A stretch of 64,000 nt of DNA. It comes from Squalus acanthias. Its lineage: Eukaryota. Positions 1-10,500 of the stretch are shown piece after piece. The stretch covers positions 125,490,001 to 125,554,000 of the forward strand of contig CM059431.1 of the NCBI GenBank assembly GCA_030390025.1, given 5' to 3'. A program made the translations under genes and the position numbers. Below the pieces are notes generated by a model, which was not told the DNA's origin, ran no database searches, and saw nothing but the letters and a program-made list of their open reading frames with translations. How positions within the stretch are numbered: the stretch's first letter is position 1; each line of letters starts with the position of its first letter.

Positions 1-409
1 GGAACCACTGTATATGGGACCCTACAACATTGTAGACAAGGCGAGTCCCATGGTATACGCCGTAAAAGTACCTCGGCGCACTAAGTGGTTCCACGTAAAC
101 CAATGCAAACTGTACAAGCCAGGTGCGCAAGGGAAAACTACAGGGGTAAATCCCGCCAGTGGGAAAGCACAGCCCCAGGTAGGACCACAAGGCACACAGG
201 CAGGCAAAGCAGCTTGCATCAGGGGAGGGGACATCCTGGAAGATCATGAAGCGTTTTTCTGGAATTGGGAGTTAGATGAGGGAGAATTCAGGGAACTCGA
301 GTCAGATGAGGATAGTGATGACGACGAGTGGTTTTGGAGGAACGGTCCCGTTTTCGATATGGGGAGAATACGGGCTGCAGATAGAGATCCACACAGGGTG
401 GACACACAA
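1..409 (+). pseudogene. pol: Truncated second copy of the endogenous retrovirus pol (integrase C-terminal GPY region and tail)
   Basis: Translation MGPYNIVDKASPMVYAVKVPRRTKWFHVNQCKLY... aligns with the Pol C-terminus at 59052->58641 on the minus strand. Similarity stops abruptly after GGACACACAA at 409. Confidence 0.93.
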
Positions 410-1121
410 TTCACTTAATTTATTATTGATAAAACATTAACATTGTGATCGGGCTGTTGGTAGTATGGAGGAGGGTACCTTTTAATGATACAGGCTCAGC
501 ATCCAACACTGCAGCCACATGGCGAGCCGCTCGGCCCTAATTCTTGCAGGGTTTGTATTGTTTGTCTAAAGCTACTCTTCAGGTCATCCCCCTCTAATTC
601 TACCTCACCCAGATTATTCTGCTTAAACACCTTGGGGAAAAAATTTGGTTGCTTAGAGCCTCCCGTTAGCACATTCGGGGGGCGCTAACGGGGCGTTAGG
701 AAGTTAGCGCCCGAGCGCGGTGATGTTCGTGCCGCTAGCGAAATCGACCAGACATTTTGCAGCGGCGCTAAACACTACCACCACGACCTCTTGCGCCCGC
801 AGATCATGACGTCAGTTGAGCGTGCAACGCCCCGGTAGCGCCCCGGACTGGATATTGAGTCGCGCCACCTGCCTTTCCACCTGCCGCTATAAACAACAGG
901 TAGAGGGGAACGTTTTGCAGTCGGGAAGGGGCTGGGGGAGCGCTATTTAAAGGTGGCCACTTCATGCCTTTTTTTGTTGGTGAAATTTTTGCACCACGCA
1001 TTCTGAGAGGGAGAGAGATGTCTGGAGAGATTCAACGCTGTGTGAAGGAGTTTTGGGTCCTGAGCAGCACTTTGCAGTTTCATTTTGATTTGACCTTACT
1101 TGCATTGATTTAGAAGAGACT

Positions 1122-2250
1122 GTGGGGGCTGCACTGATTCGGGGCGTCGTCCTGCACCTGCAGAATCGGAGGAAGCAGAGACGCAGAGAGAGAGTGGCAA
1201 ACATGGCCAGAGGGAGGAGGGCCAACAGGCCTCTGCACAGGAAACCTTACCCTCCCAGGGTATTCAGGGAACAGTTTTCATACCTTCATTTGTCTGAGGA
1301 GCAGTGTTTGCGCAGGCTGCGCTTCAGCAAGGAGGTGATCATTTGAGCTATGCCATCTGCTGCAACCAGATCTGCAGCCTCAACTCAGGACCAGGACGTC
1401 TCTGTCGGTGGCAGTGAAGGTGACAGTGGCTCTGAATTTTTATGCCAGCGGCTCCTTTCAAGCTTCTACTGGGGACATCGCCAATATATCCCAGTTCGCT
1501 GTCCATTGCTGTATCCAGGAGGTGACAAATGCCCTGTATAAAAGGAGACGCCAGTACATCTCTTTCCCGGGCCAAACAGCATGAACACGCATGTGGCTTT
1601 GCTCGGATAGCGGGCTTCCCCATGGTGCAGGGCACCATTCCCTCCATGAATGTGGCATTATGGGCACTGCATGAAAAGGCAAAGGTATTCCGAAACCGCA
1701 AGGGCTACCACTCCTTAAACATCCAGTTGGTCTGTGACCACACACAGCTCATACTCGCCGTCAATGCTCGCTATCCTGGCAGCAGCCACAATGCTTTCAT
1801 CCTGCGCCAGACCTTTTCCAGGCACCGCATCACCCAAGTGGATGGCTCCTCGGGGACAAGGGTTATCCACTCTGCACGTGGCTGATGACACCGCTCCGTA
1901 ACATGAACACCCCTGCCAAGCTGCGGTATAATGAGAGCCATATCGCCATCAGGAATATAACTGAGCAGACGATCGGCATGCTCAAGCAACGGTTCCGCTG
2001 GCTGGACCACTCAGGAGGAGCCCTGCAGTACTCTCCTGAGCGAGTCTCCCTCTTCATAGTTGTGTGCTGCATGCATCACAACCTGGCAATCCTGAGGACC
2101 CAGCCAATGACACCAGGGATTGGTGCACCACCTGAGGAGGAGGAGGAGGAGGAGGAGGATGATCAGCAGCAGCACCAAGGTGGGAGGGAGGCCCACAATG
2201 TTGCCACTGCAAGGGCCGTCCATGAATGGCTGATAACAAGACTCTTCTAG
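1122..2250 (+). pseudogene. Harbinger (HARBI1-like) DDE transposase, frameshifted
   Basis: ORF pieces [35 protein letters not shown]...[16 protein letters not shown] and [27 protein letters not shown]...CCMHHNL, plus an acidic tail. Confidence 0.9.
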
Positions 2251-2562
2251 GCCCCTACTCAGAAGATGGCTTCTGGCATGGAGAACAACATCATGAAAAG
2301 CAACCTGCACCCTCTATTGCCAGCCAAAGCTGGAATGATTCCAAAGACCAAAAATGTAAATTTTGAATACAACATTTTTTTTATTTAACCAACTCTCTGT
2401 GTGTCATTTATTCAGGACAAACAATTGGAAACAAACACAACAAATTATGAACTAACAGAACTCGTTCTCACAAGATGGAGATAAACAGAAAAATAGTAAA
2501 CAAATGTAATCACACGAACCTCGACCTTCACCACAAACATTCCCACCATTTATTTAGACCTC

Positions 2563-4445
2563 CTACTTTTTGCCCTTCGAGGGTGATCTCCATCCCTTGC
2601 GCACTTCCCCCCTTCCCACCCTACTGCTCCTCCATAATGTGGCCCCAGTGGCTGCAGCAAGGCTGGTGGAAGGCTGCTGAATGTCAGATGCAGAGACTGC
2701 AGATGCCCATGAAGGACGCCCTCGACCAGCTTTGGGCCTGGAGGGCCCGGCTGCAGACTGCAACAACTCTGCATGGGCGGCAGCAGTCTGGGCTGGCTGT
2801 GTTGCAGGTGGTGGCAAATGCAATGGGGAAGTGCCAGTGGTGGGAGCAGGAATGCTGTCATCCTGAGAGAGGACAGCACCTTCCTGCTCGACCGACACAC
2901 TGGCACTCCCACGGGGCAGTACCTCAGCATCCGGAGCAATCTGTTCGAGCACAGATTGCTGGCCTGCAGCGGCAACATGAGAGCTCCGGGGCAATGTGGC
3001 TGACCCAGCGAGGATGGCAGCAGTCAGTGCTTGCGTGACATCAATCTGAGAGTGCATGAGAGCAGTCTGAGACTGGATGGCACCAGCCAATGACTCAATT
3101 GCAGCACTAAGCCATTGCGTTACGTCGGCCTGTGCTGCAGCGGACTGCTCCACACTCCTAGCCAGTCCATCCATGCTTTCAGGCACCCTTTCCATTGCAC
3201 CCATGCGCTCAGTGTGCATGTTCAAGGCCTGACTATTCATGGCCGCGATGGCGCGGTCCTCATCCTAGTCCTGTGCAGCAGGACTCGCTTGCCTATTTTC
3301 CCTCCGGGGAGCTGGCCCCCAAGCTTCCCTACCCCCATGGAATTGCTGCAGCCCGCTGGGTCCCGGAGCTTCGCCCTCATCAGACCCTACTCCCTGCTCC
3401 CCTCCAGGGAAGGCGTGGTCCCAGTGTCTGAATGGGCTCCCTCGGGAGACGCAGGCGGTGAGGCTCCGGCTTCCTCTTCCTCCTCGTCTGGAGCGTCGCT
3501 GCCACTGGTAGTTTGAGGGACAGGCTGGTCAGCTGGTGGTTCACTATCTGAAAGCAGGAAGGTACAAGAGTGGCTTTAGCGTGAGGACAGGGGAGCAGTA
3601 AGGGAGCACGGACTGGAGACAGTTAGTAAGTTGGATTGAAAGTGTAAAACAGGCTGGTCTTGTGAGGGGTAAGTGGAATAAGAGAGGAGAGAAAGCTGAT
3701 GAACATACCATTGCTGTCCCCAAGGGGGTCGACCTCTCCAGAGGCCACGGCACCTATGACCTGGCTGGCAACGATCCTGTGCACGCACGCCTCCAAATCG
3801 GTGAGGGTGTGTGTAGGTCAGCCGGTCCTCCTTCCGTGCGTTGCTGCTCCCACCTGTTATGAGAGCTTGGCCTGCAAGAAAAAGGACGCGTCTGAGTGAA
3901 TATGCAGCCATGTGCTTGCCTGATGTGCCTCGCATAGTTGAATAGCCCTTAATGTTTGCAGCCATGTGCTTGCCTGATGTGCCTGCCGTAGTTGAATAGC
4001 CCTTAATGTATGCAGCCATGTGCTTGCCTGATGTGCCTCCCATAGTTGAATAGCCCTTAATGTTTGCAAGGTGTGGAATATGCGTGTGTGTTTTATGAGA
4101 TGGCCATAGGTCTTGGATGAGTGTTGGGCATTGGGGTTTTTAAAACCTCTGGGCACAGAGTGAAGTTGAGATGGAGGGATGTAGAGGCATTGAACAGCAG
4201 CCACTCACCCTGACCACCCGAGTGAGGTCGTTGAACTTCTTCCGACATTGGGTGTGGGTCCTGGGCACCAGGCTCCTGGAGGAGACGTGCTGAGCAAGCT
4301 CCCTCCAGACTCTTCTTTATTCACGGGGCAATGGCCTCCTGCCACTCTGTGGGTAGAGCAGTGCCAGTTGCCGCTCCACAGCGCCAACCAGAGCCACCAA
4401 GGCCTGGTCGCTGAAGCGCTGAGCTCTTTCCCTGGGCCTATCCAT
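2563..4445 (-). pseudogene. Harbinger Myb/SANT-like DNA-binding gene, intron-containing, with premature stops
   Basis: Exon 1 at 4445-4209 (MDRPRERAQRFSDQAL...W...RTHTQCRKKFNDL) ends at GTGAGT. Acceptors near 3872 and 3548. The last exon carries the 225-aa Ala/Gln-rich ORF. Confidence 0.8.
3903..4068. repeat. 3 x 54-bp tandem repeat in the Myb-like gene intron
   Basis: TGCAGCCATGTGCTTGCCTGATGTGCCT...AATAGCCCTTAATGT starts at 3903, 3957 and 4011. Confidence 0.95.
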
Positions 4446-5106
4446 TAGTGGTTCCAGTACAATTGCTTTAGAGGTCTCTCCAGGCCGAGATTCAAGGCTG
4501 CAATGAGCCGCCTCCATCCCGTCCCCAGTATCAAAATCCAGCCCATAGTTGATAAAGAAACATTTTAAAGAATAGAAGCACAGTGGAATGGAACTAAGCA
4601 GATTGGTCTTTCAGAGAGCTGGCACAGGTGTGATGGGTTGAATGGCCTCCTTCTGTGCTGTAAATTCTAAAATCTCTGGAATGATTTAAGAAACAGTTGG
4701 ATGATATGATGAATGGATTCTGTTTTTTTCTGAATCAATGAGCTAGGACTGAATGGAATTATTATCTGTATCTAGCTTGTGATCTTTGATACCCACAGTA
4801 AGGTGGGAGGAGAGAAACAATCGTGGAAAAGAGGTTGGACAGATCATACCAAATTCTCTTTCACTTTAGTCAATGGGACAAATTAGATGACTTGCATCAC
4901 ATCCATGTTCTATTTAAAATATGCTATTTTTTTCTAACCAGCCACTTGTCTGCTAGCGACACTGATAAAATTGGTGCCCATATATGTAACCAACTTTGCC
5001 AAATCACTGTGGACATTGGCAAGCACTGCCTTCTATAATTCCCTGAATATGAGCTAGTCTTACTTTGATCTCACTAATTGAATGCTGCCTGGCCTTAGAT
5101 ATTGAT

Positions 5107-5277
5107 TCAGTACCAGATAACACATCTATCAAAAAAGTTAGGCTCATTGCTTTGGCCTCCTACAGCTGCATTCTTAAGATTATTCACCTCAGCTTTAGTC
5201 TCCTCTCCCATGACAATTTGGGGCATCTGTTCCTCTCCAGAATTGTTGTCAATCTTGGCCACAGAATTTCTTCTTGC
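5107..5277 (-). CDS. Candidate late or terminal host exon (ARRNSVAK...FFDRCVIWY*)
   Basis: Acceptor TTACTTCCAG|GCA. Open frame in non-repeat AT-rich DNA. Phase-compatible with the candidate exon at 9045-9107. Product not recognised. Confidence 0.4.
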   Translation of the reverse strand, partial: ARRNSVAKIDNNSGEEQMPQIVMGEETKAEVNNLKNAAVGGQSNEPNFFDRCVIWY

Positions 5278-5413
5278 CTGGAAGTAATTATAGTTGTCAC
5301 TAGAATTGAGCTGCCCAGAGAAGTCAAATCTTAAGGTTGATAAATAACCTTTGAAAAGGTATAGGCAAATAACTTTAAATGTGGTCACATGACACAACGT
5401 CCAAAATATTTAT

Positions 5414-5537
5414 ACAATAGCAAAATACTGCGGATGCTGGAAATCTGAAACAACAACAGAAAATGCAGGAAATACTCAGCAGGCCAGGCAGCATCCGTGG
5501 AGAGTTAACTCTGTTTCTCTCTCCACAGATGCTGCCT
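5414..5537. mobile_element. Tiny Penelope-type terminal fragment with internal inversion and 15-bp TSD
   Basis: GTCCAAAATATTTAT at 5399-5413 and 5538-5552. The insert matches the terminal sequence seen at 10430-10500 and 52490-52580. Confidence 0.8.
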
Positions 5538-6689
5538 GTCCAAAATATTTATTTGTGTAGAGCCTAGGGAACACTCATTTTTATCATTAATGTAAGCACC
5601 AAGAATGCTGGAGTGTCTTTGATTTAATAACTGTGCAAAATAACTTTCAGCTGTGTGGAATTAATGTGCATGTTCAGTCAATCCACACCCTCTAACTACA
5701 CAACTACAAGAACAGTCAGTGAGATTAAACTCACCTTTGCAGTTCCTGTAGATACCCCACTTTCCCACCAGAAACACCATAATGAGCTTTTGTGAAGCGG
5801 GTAGGGTGTTGATGAGTGGTTGAGTATTGCGATAAGTGTCCAGTAACACATATTGGCCCCAAACATCATTGGGCTACAATCTCAGCTGTAATACCAGGAT
5901 TGTGCCTGCCAATGCCACTGGCCTCCAGCCCTGACTCCGCCAGAGCATGCAGGTACCTCATCTTTGAGGATTAAGGCCACTTCCCAGTATAGGTAGTCCC
6001 TGCCCCAGTCTCCACCCTCTTTGTGTCATTGCCTTGCAAGGAGTGGGCAGAAGCTTCATTCATTATAAGGCTGACTAGGTACTCTCAGCATAGGCCGGGA
6101 CTTGGCGTATCCGGCTCCAGGCATGTTGCCATATCGTTGAGCCAGAGTTAGGGCAGGAATCCATTGGAATGACCAGTTAAATTTGGCCTCACTTTTCTGT
6201 TGCCCAGTATCAAGTTCATCCAAACCCAGATGTATCCAAATCTGTTTCTATTGTTTGATAGGCAATTCATGATTTGCTCATGAATACATGAGTAAGCTTC
6301 TTCAAGATACTTTGTTAGCCTATTGCTAACTTAGACAACTTAGCCATTAAGAATCGTCTTTCACATTGTTCTTGAATTCCCTTTACGTTTCCTCTGGTTT
6401 CTTTCTTTTAAACAACATTCTCTTAGGACTTATTGCAATAATATTTAAGGCTCGGTTTACACAGCAACTCTAAATTGTTCTTTGTTCTTATAAAAGATTA
6501 TGCTTCTGAAGCAAATATCTGATGATACAAGACCACAAACTGTTATGAAAATAGAATGGCATAATCAAATCTAGTGTATTGGAAATTAATGTTGAATGAA
6601 TGCTAAATGAGATGGATTATTATAAGGATAAAGCATTTTCATGTTTAGCAGAATACAATGGTCTATGGGCTAGAATTTCTTCATCTTTC

Positions 6690-8330
6690 ATGTCTGTTTC
6701 TGGGGTTACAAGGCTAGTGGCATTGGCAAGCATGAATTTGGAGAAGAATGAGAGGCAATATAAATTAAATGGTACTATTTAAAGGTGGTGTACATATGCA
6801 AATCTTTGAAGGTGGCAGGATAAGTTAAGAAGGCTGTTAAAAAAGCATACAGGAACCATGGTTTTATAAATAGTGACAGAGTACTGAAGCAAGGAAATTA
6901 CGCTAAACCTTTATCAATCACTGGTTAGGCCCCAGCTGAAGTATTGGGCTGGATTTTACCAGCCCTGATGAGGCGGGTTTGGAGGCGGGACTGCTGGGAA
7001 AATCAAAAAGAATGGGTGCGGGTCCCGAACCCGCTCCCAATCCGCCCCCATACAATCTTCCCGGGAGTCAGGTCCCCGATTTGCACATCCTAGCGGCGGG
7101 ATGAGGATTATAGCCACTTAACTGCCTGTTAACAGGTAGTTAACAGGCAGTTAAGAGGCTTTTTCCCATTTTGAGACTTCTGCTGCGGGCTTCCCGACAT
7201 CGGGGAACTCCACCAGGGTAAGTGAGGTGTGCTGTGGGTCTGTTGTAATGTTTGTGTATAGATGACAGCTGCAGAAGTGGTGTGAAGGATCCATTGGGAC
7301 ATTGGTGAGTATCAGAGGTAAGGAGATGTTGGGAAAGTCATTTTTAATGTGTTTAGATTTTTCTGTAGGTGACAAGTTTTGAAGTGTTTGTGTGGCCTCA
7401 CCTTATTGGGGGAAGTGACAGATCGGTTCTGTACCCTCATCTGTAGCTGCCATCTGTTTTATCCTAAGGAGAGAGTTATTGGAGAGTCTGGGTACAAGGG
7501 CTTACCTTTGTACAGTGATTGTCAGTGTTTCACAGCACCTCAATGCTGTCAAACACTGTCAAAAATAAATGGTTCATGTCCCTTTAAGAAAGCTGGCAGA
7601 TGAAGTGTCATCAACCGATGTCATCTGACACCGGCTTTCCCTTAATTGGCCAGCAAGCCCGCAGGGTGGGCTTAACAAGGCCAATCAGGGGAAAATGGTG
7701 TCTGTGCATTGGACATCGCTGGGGGTGGAACTAGAACCTGGAAGGCAGCAGTCCTGCCCCCAACTCGTCTTGGTAAGTAAAATCCAGCCGCAAATGTCCA
7801 ATTCTAGGCACCACACTTTGCGAAGGATTTCAAGGCCTTAGAGAGGGTGCAGAGGAGATTTACTAGAAGGGTATCAGGGATGCAGGATATCAGTTACATC
7901 GAGAGACGAGAGAACTGGGGTTATTCTGCATAGAGCAGAGAAGTTAAGGGGAGATTTAATACAGGTGTTCAAAATCATGAAGGATTTTGATAGAGTAAAT
8001 GAGAAGAATTTGCTTCCAGTGGCAGAAGTATCAGTAACCAGAGGACACAAAATTATGGTAATTGGTAAAAGAGCCAGAGGCGAGATGAGGAGAATTTTTT
8101 TTACTCAGCGAGTGCTTATGATCTGTAATGCACTGCCTGAAAGGATGGTGGAAGCAGATTCAATAGTAACTTTCAAAAGGGAATTGGGTAACTACTTAAA
8201 GTGAAAACATTTTCATGGGTATGGAGAAAGAGTAGGGAGTGGACTAATTGGATAGCTCTTTCAACAAGTTGGCACAGGCACGATGGGCCAAATGGACTTC
8301 TTCTGTGCTGTATCATTCTATGATTTTATG
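6690..8330 (+). mobile_element. Decayed CR1 LINE 3' portion interrupted by a MITE
   Basis: CR1 ORF2 C-terminal remnants (FKIMKDFDRV...FFTQRV) and a 3' tail ending TTCTATGA. Confidence 0.85.
6946..7790. mobile_element. Harbinger-type MITE
   Basis: TIR GGGCTGGATTTTAC / GTAAAATCCAGCC. It splits the CR1 between GAAGTATT and TGTCCAATTC. Confidence 0.8.
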
Positions 8331-9044
8331 AATTGGGCAGGCTATGGCAGAAAATGAGATGGGGATGCATCCTGCTGCAGCTCCACCCATCAAAATGCAC
8401 TGCAGGAAGTGATGGCAGCAGCAGGAAGTATCTACCAAAAAATAGGTGGCCGAAAGCTAATCAGACATAAGTTGGACCCCAACATCAGACGCCATATTTT
8501 CAATGTTATCACCACTGATCCGTTCAATGCCATTCTGCATTGTTAGGTGGCAATGCTAAGGAAGAAGTTGGCTTACTGAACTGTCTTACATCAAGCAGTT
8601 CAGATTATCTTAACATTTACACTACCAATCTCCCACTAGGCTCTGCGCAAGCTATTGAGTGAACTAATTAACCCTTTCTTGCCAATTATCAAAGGAGTCA
8701 GACACCAAAGGCATGAAGTACCAATTATTTATTAATCTTGGAAACATAGTTAGCAGCACTTAAACTTGAACATTGAGTATGCAAATAATTAGTAGATAGG
8801 ATTCATTGAAAAAATAAACGAGTTTACAAAGGCAGTGCAGTTATGTCACAGTATTTCAGCATTAATTACTTGCTGATTATAAGTTTATAATTGAGATCAA
8901 TGTTTGAGGTTAATATAAATTGGTGAAATTAATTTAGGATTGGACTCCTCAGATAACTGACAAGTTAACAGCATTCGACAGCCAGTCTATTGAATAGATT
9001 GAAGTCTAGATGCATGTAGTTAGTTAGTACTTATACAGCCTCAC

Positions 9045-9107
9045 CTTTTGAGCTGCTGTGGATGAACTGTTTGCCTCGCCTTCCTTTGGGAGGGTGGTGT
9101 TAGCCTT
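9045..9107 (-). CDS. Candidate 63-nt host exon (KANTTLPKEGEANSSSTAAQK)
   Basis: Acceptor CTGACATCTTAG, donor AAG|GTGAGG, phase 0-0. Confidence 0.4.
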
Positions 9108-9914
9108 CTAAGATGTCAGAGTGATGAATGTTTGCCTGCAGAGGTTCTATCCCTTTCTCCTGGGTCCTCTGTTCCTGGGTAAATTCACAATCCATGCTGA
9201 TAGCTGTATCAGGATTAACTTGGGACAAAATCGCTTTGTTTCTCGGGCACAAAATGGTGGCAAAAAGGGCCAATTTCGTGGGGCTACAGCTCATATTGGC
9301 TTGGGTAATATTCAGGTATCCCTGGCGGCCACCTTAAAGAGGCATCAGGTACCTTGCATATGCTGATGAGGGGCCTAACACCTGTTCAAGGATCCTGCTC
9401 TGAAATTGGTAAAAAAATAGGCGGAGCTTGTACTGCGTTAGCACCAACTAGTTTTTCGGGCTCTACAGCGGTCTAGCCATCAGTCCTTAATGGGTCCACT
9501 GGAGGCCATTGAAGACAAGATAAGTAGGGGGAAAAATTTGGTACCTTAGTGCCTCCCATTAGTGCCAGCAGATGGCGCTAACGGGGTGATAGTGCATTAT
9601 CGCTGGGGCGAGGCGAATCCAGCGCCGCACGCCAAATCCTGCCCACCTACAGCGCCGTCAGTAACAGTTATCGTCGGGGGCCTCAACACCAGGTGGATCG
9701 TGATGTCATGAGTGTGCAATGTTCACTGACCACTCAATCTGCAAATTTGATTGTCGCCACCTGCCTTAGCGCCTGGAGTAAACAGCGACGGGGAGAGCTG
9801 CCGTGATGCACCAGGAAGCCGGCTCCAGGGACGTTATTTAAAGGGATCATCAGTAATGACTTGCAGCTGTCAGGTTAGTGGAGTTTCAATGGTTCAGTCC
9901 GTAAGGGGGACCCC

Positions 9915-10500
9915 GAGCTGCCGGTCGCTTGTCACTTTAATTCTTCACACCACTCCCACTCAGACCTCACCGTCCTCGGCCTCTTGCATTGTTCCACGGA
10001 AGCTCAGCGTAAGCTCGAGGAATAGCACCTCATCTTTCGATTAGGCACTTTACAGCCCTCTGGACTCAACATAGAGTTCAACAATTTCAGATCATAACCT
10101 CGGCCCCTATCATATATATATTTTTTATCCACACTTTTTGTTTGTGCCTTTTGTTCTTCACTCCCACATGGCAGCTGTCCTTCATTCTGCCAGCACAATT
10201 CACACTTCATCTAGAGCCATCCTTTGTTTCTTAACCTGTCCCATTACCATCTCCTTTTGCCTTGAATATCTCTTAACGTCTCTTTAATTCTCCTGCCTTT
10301 TATCCTATCACAGACCTTCGCATTTGTTCTTTCATCCCCTCCCCCATTTCCCAGCCCCTAAACTTGCTTTAAAATCTGTTCCATTTCCTGATTTTTTCCA
10401 GTTCTGACGAAAGGTCATCAACCTGAAACGTTAACTCTGTTTCTCTCTTCACAGATGCTGCCTGGCCTGCTGAGTGTCTCCAGCATTTTCTGTTTTTATA
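9915..10500 (+). mobile_element. Penelope-like element 3' fragment (GIY-YIG endonuclease C-terminus plus terminal repeat)
   Basis: Reads HFNSSHHSHSDLTVLGLLHC...RKLEE*HLIFRLGTLQPSGLNIEFNNF, followed by a pyrimidine-rich UTR and the terminal repeat. Confidence 0.85.
10400..10436 (+). ncRNA. Minimal type I hammerhead ribozyme motif
   Basis: AGTT-CTGACGA-A-AGGT(CATCA)ACCT-GAAA-CG-TT-AACT gives the core boxes, stem II, a palindromic stem III and stem I. Confidence 0.7.

Larger units (their letters stand above)
634..4544 (+). mobile_element. Decayed autonomous-type PIF/Harbinger DNA transposon (transposase on +, Myb/SANT-like gene on -)
   Basis: Starts GGGGAAAAAATTTGG, with repeated GCGCTA/TAGCGC subterminal motifs. 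Two convergent Harbinger-type genes. Ends AAAATCCAGCCC, which does not match the left end. Confidence 0.85.

Noticed and set aside
1122..2250. Domesticated host HARBI1 gene
   Set aside because: Frameshifted, multi-copy in the window, paired with a Myb-like gene and bounded by transposon-type ends, so it is a transposon relic.
3903..4068. CRISPR-like array
   Set aside because: Contiguous 54-bp tandem units with no unique spacers, in eukaryotic transposon context.
5331..5348. Alternative acceptor giving a KVIYQP* (JAM-like) C-terminus
   Set aside because: Only five residues of resemblance. The acceptor at 5278 gives a longer in-phase frame, and neither can be confirmed.
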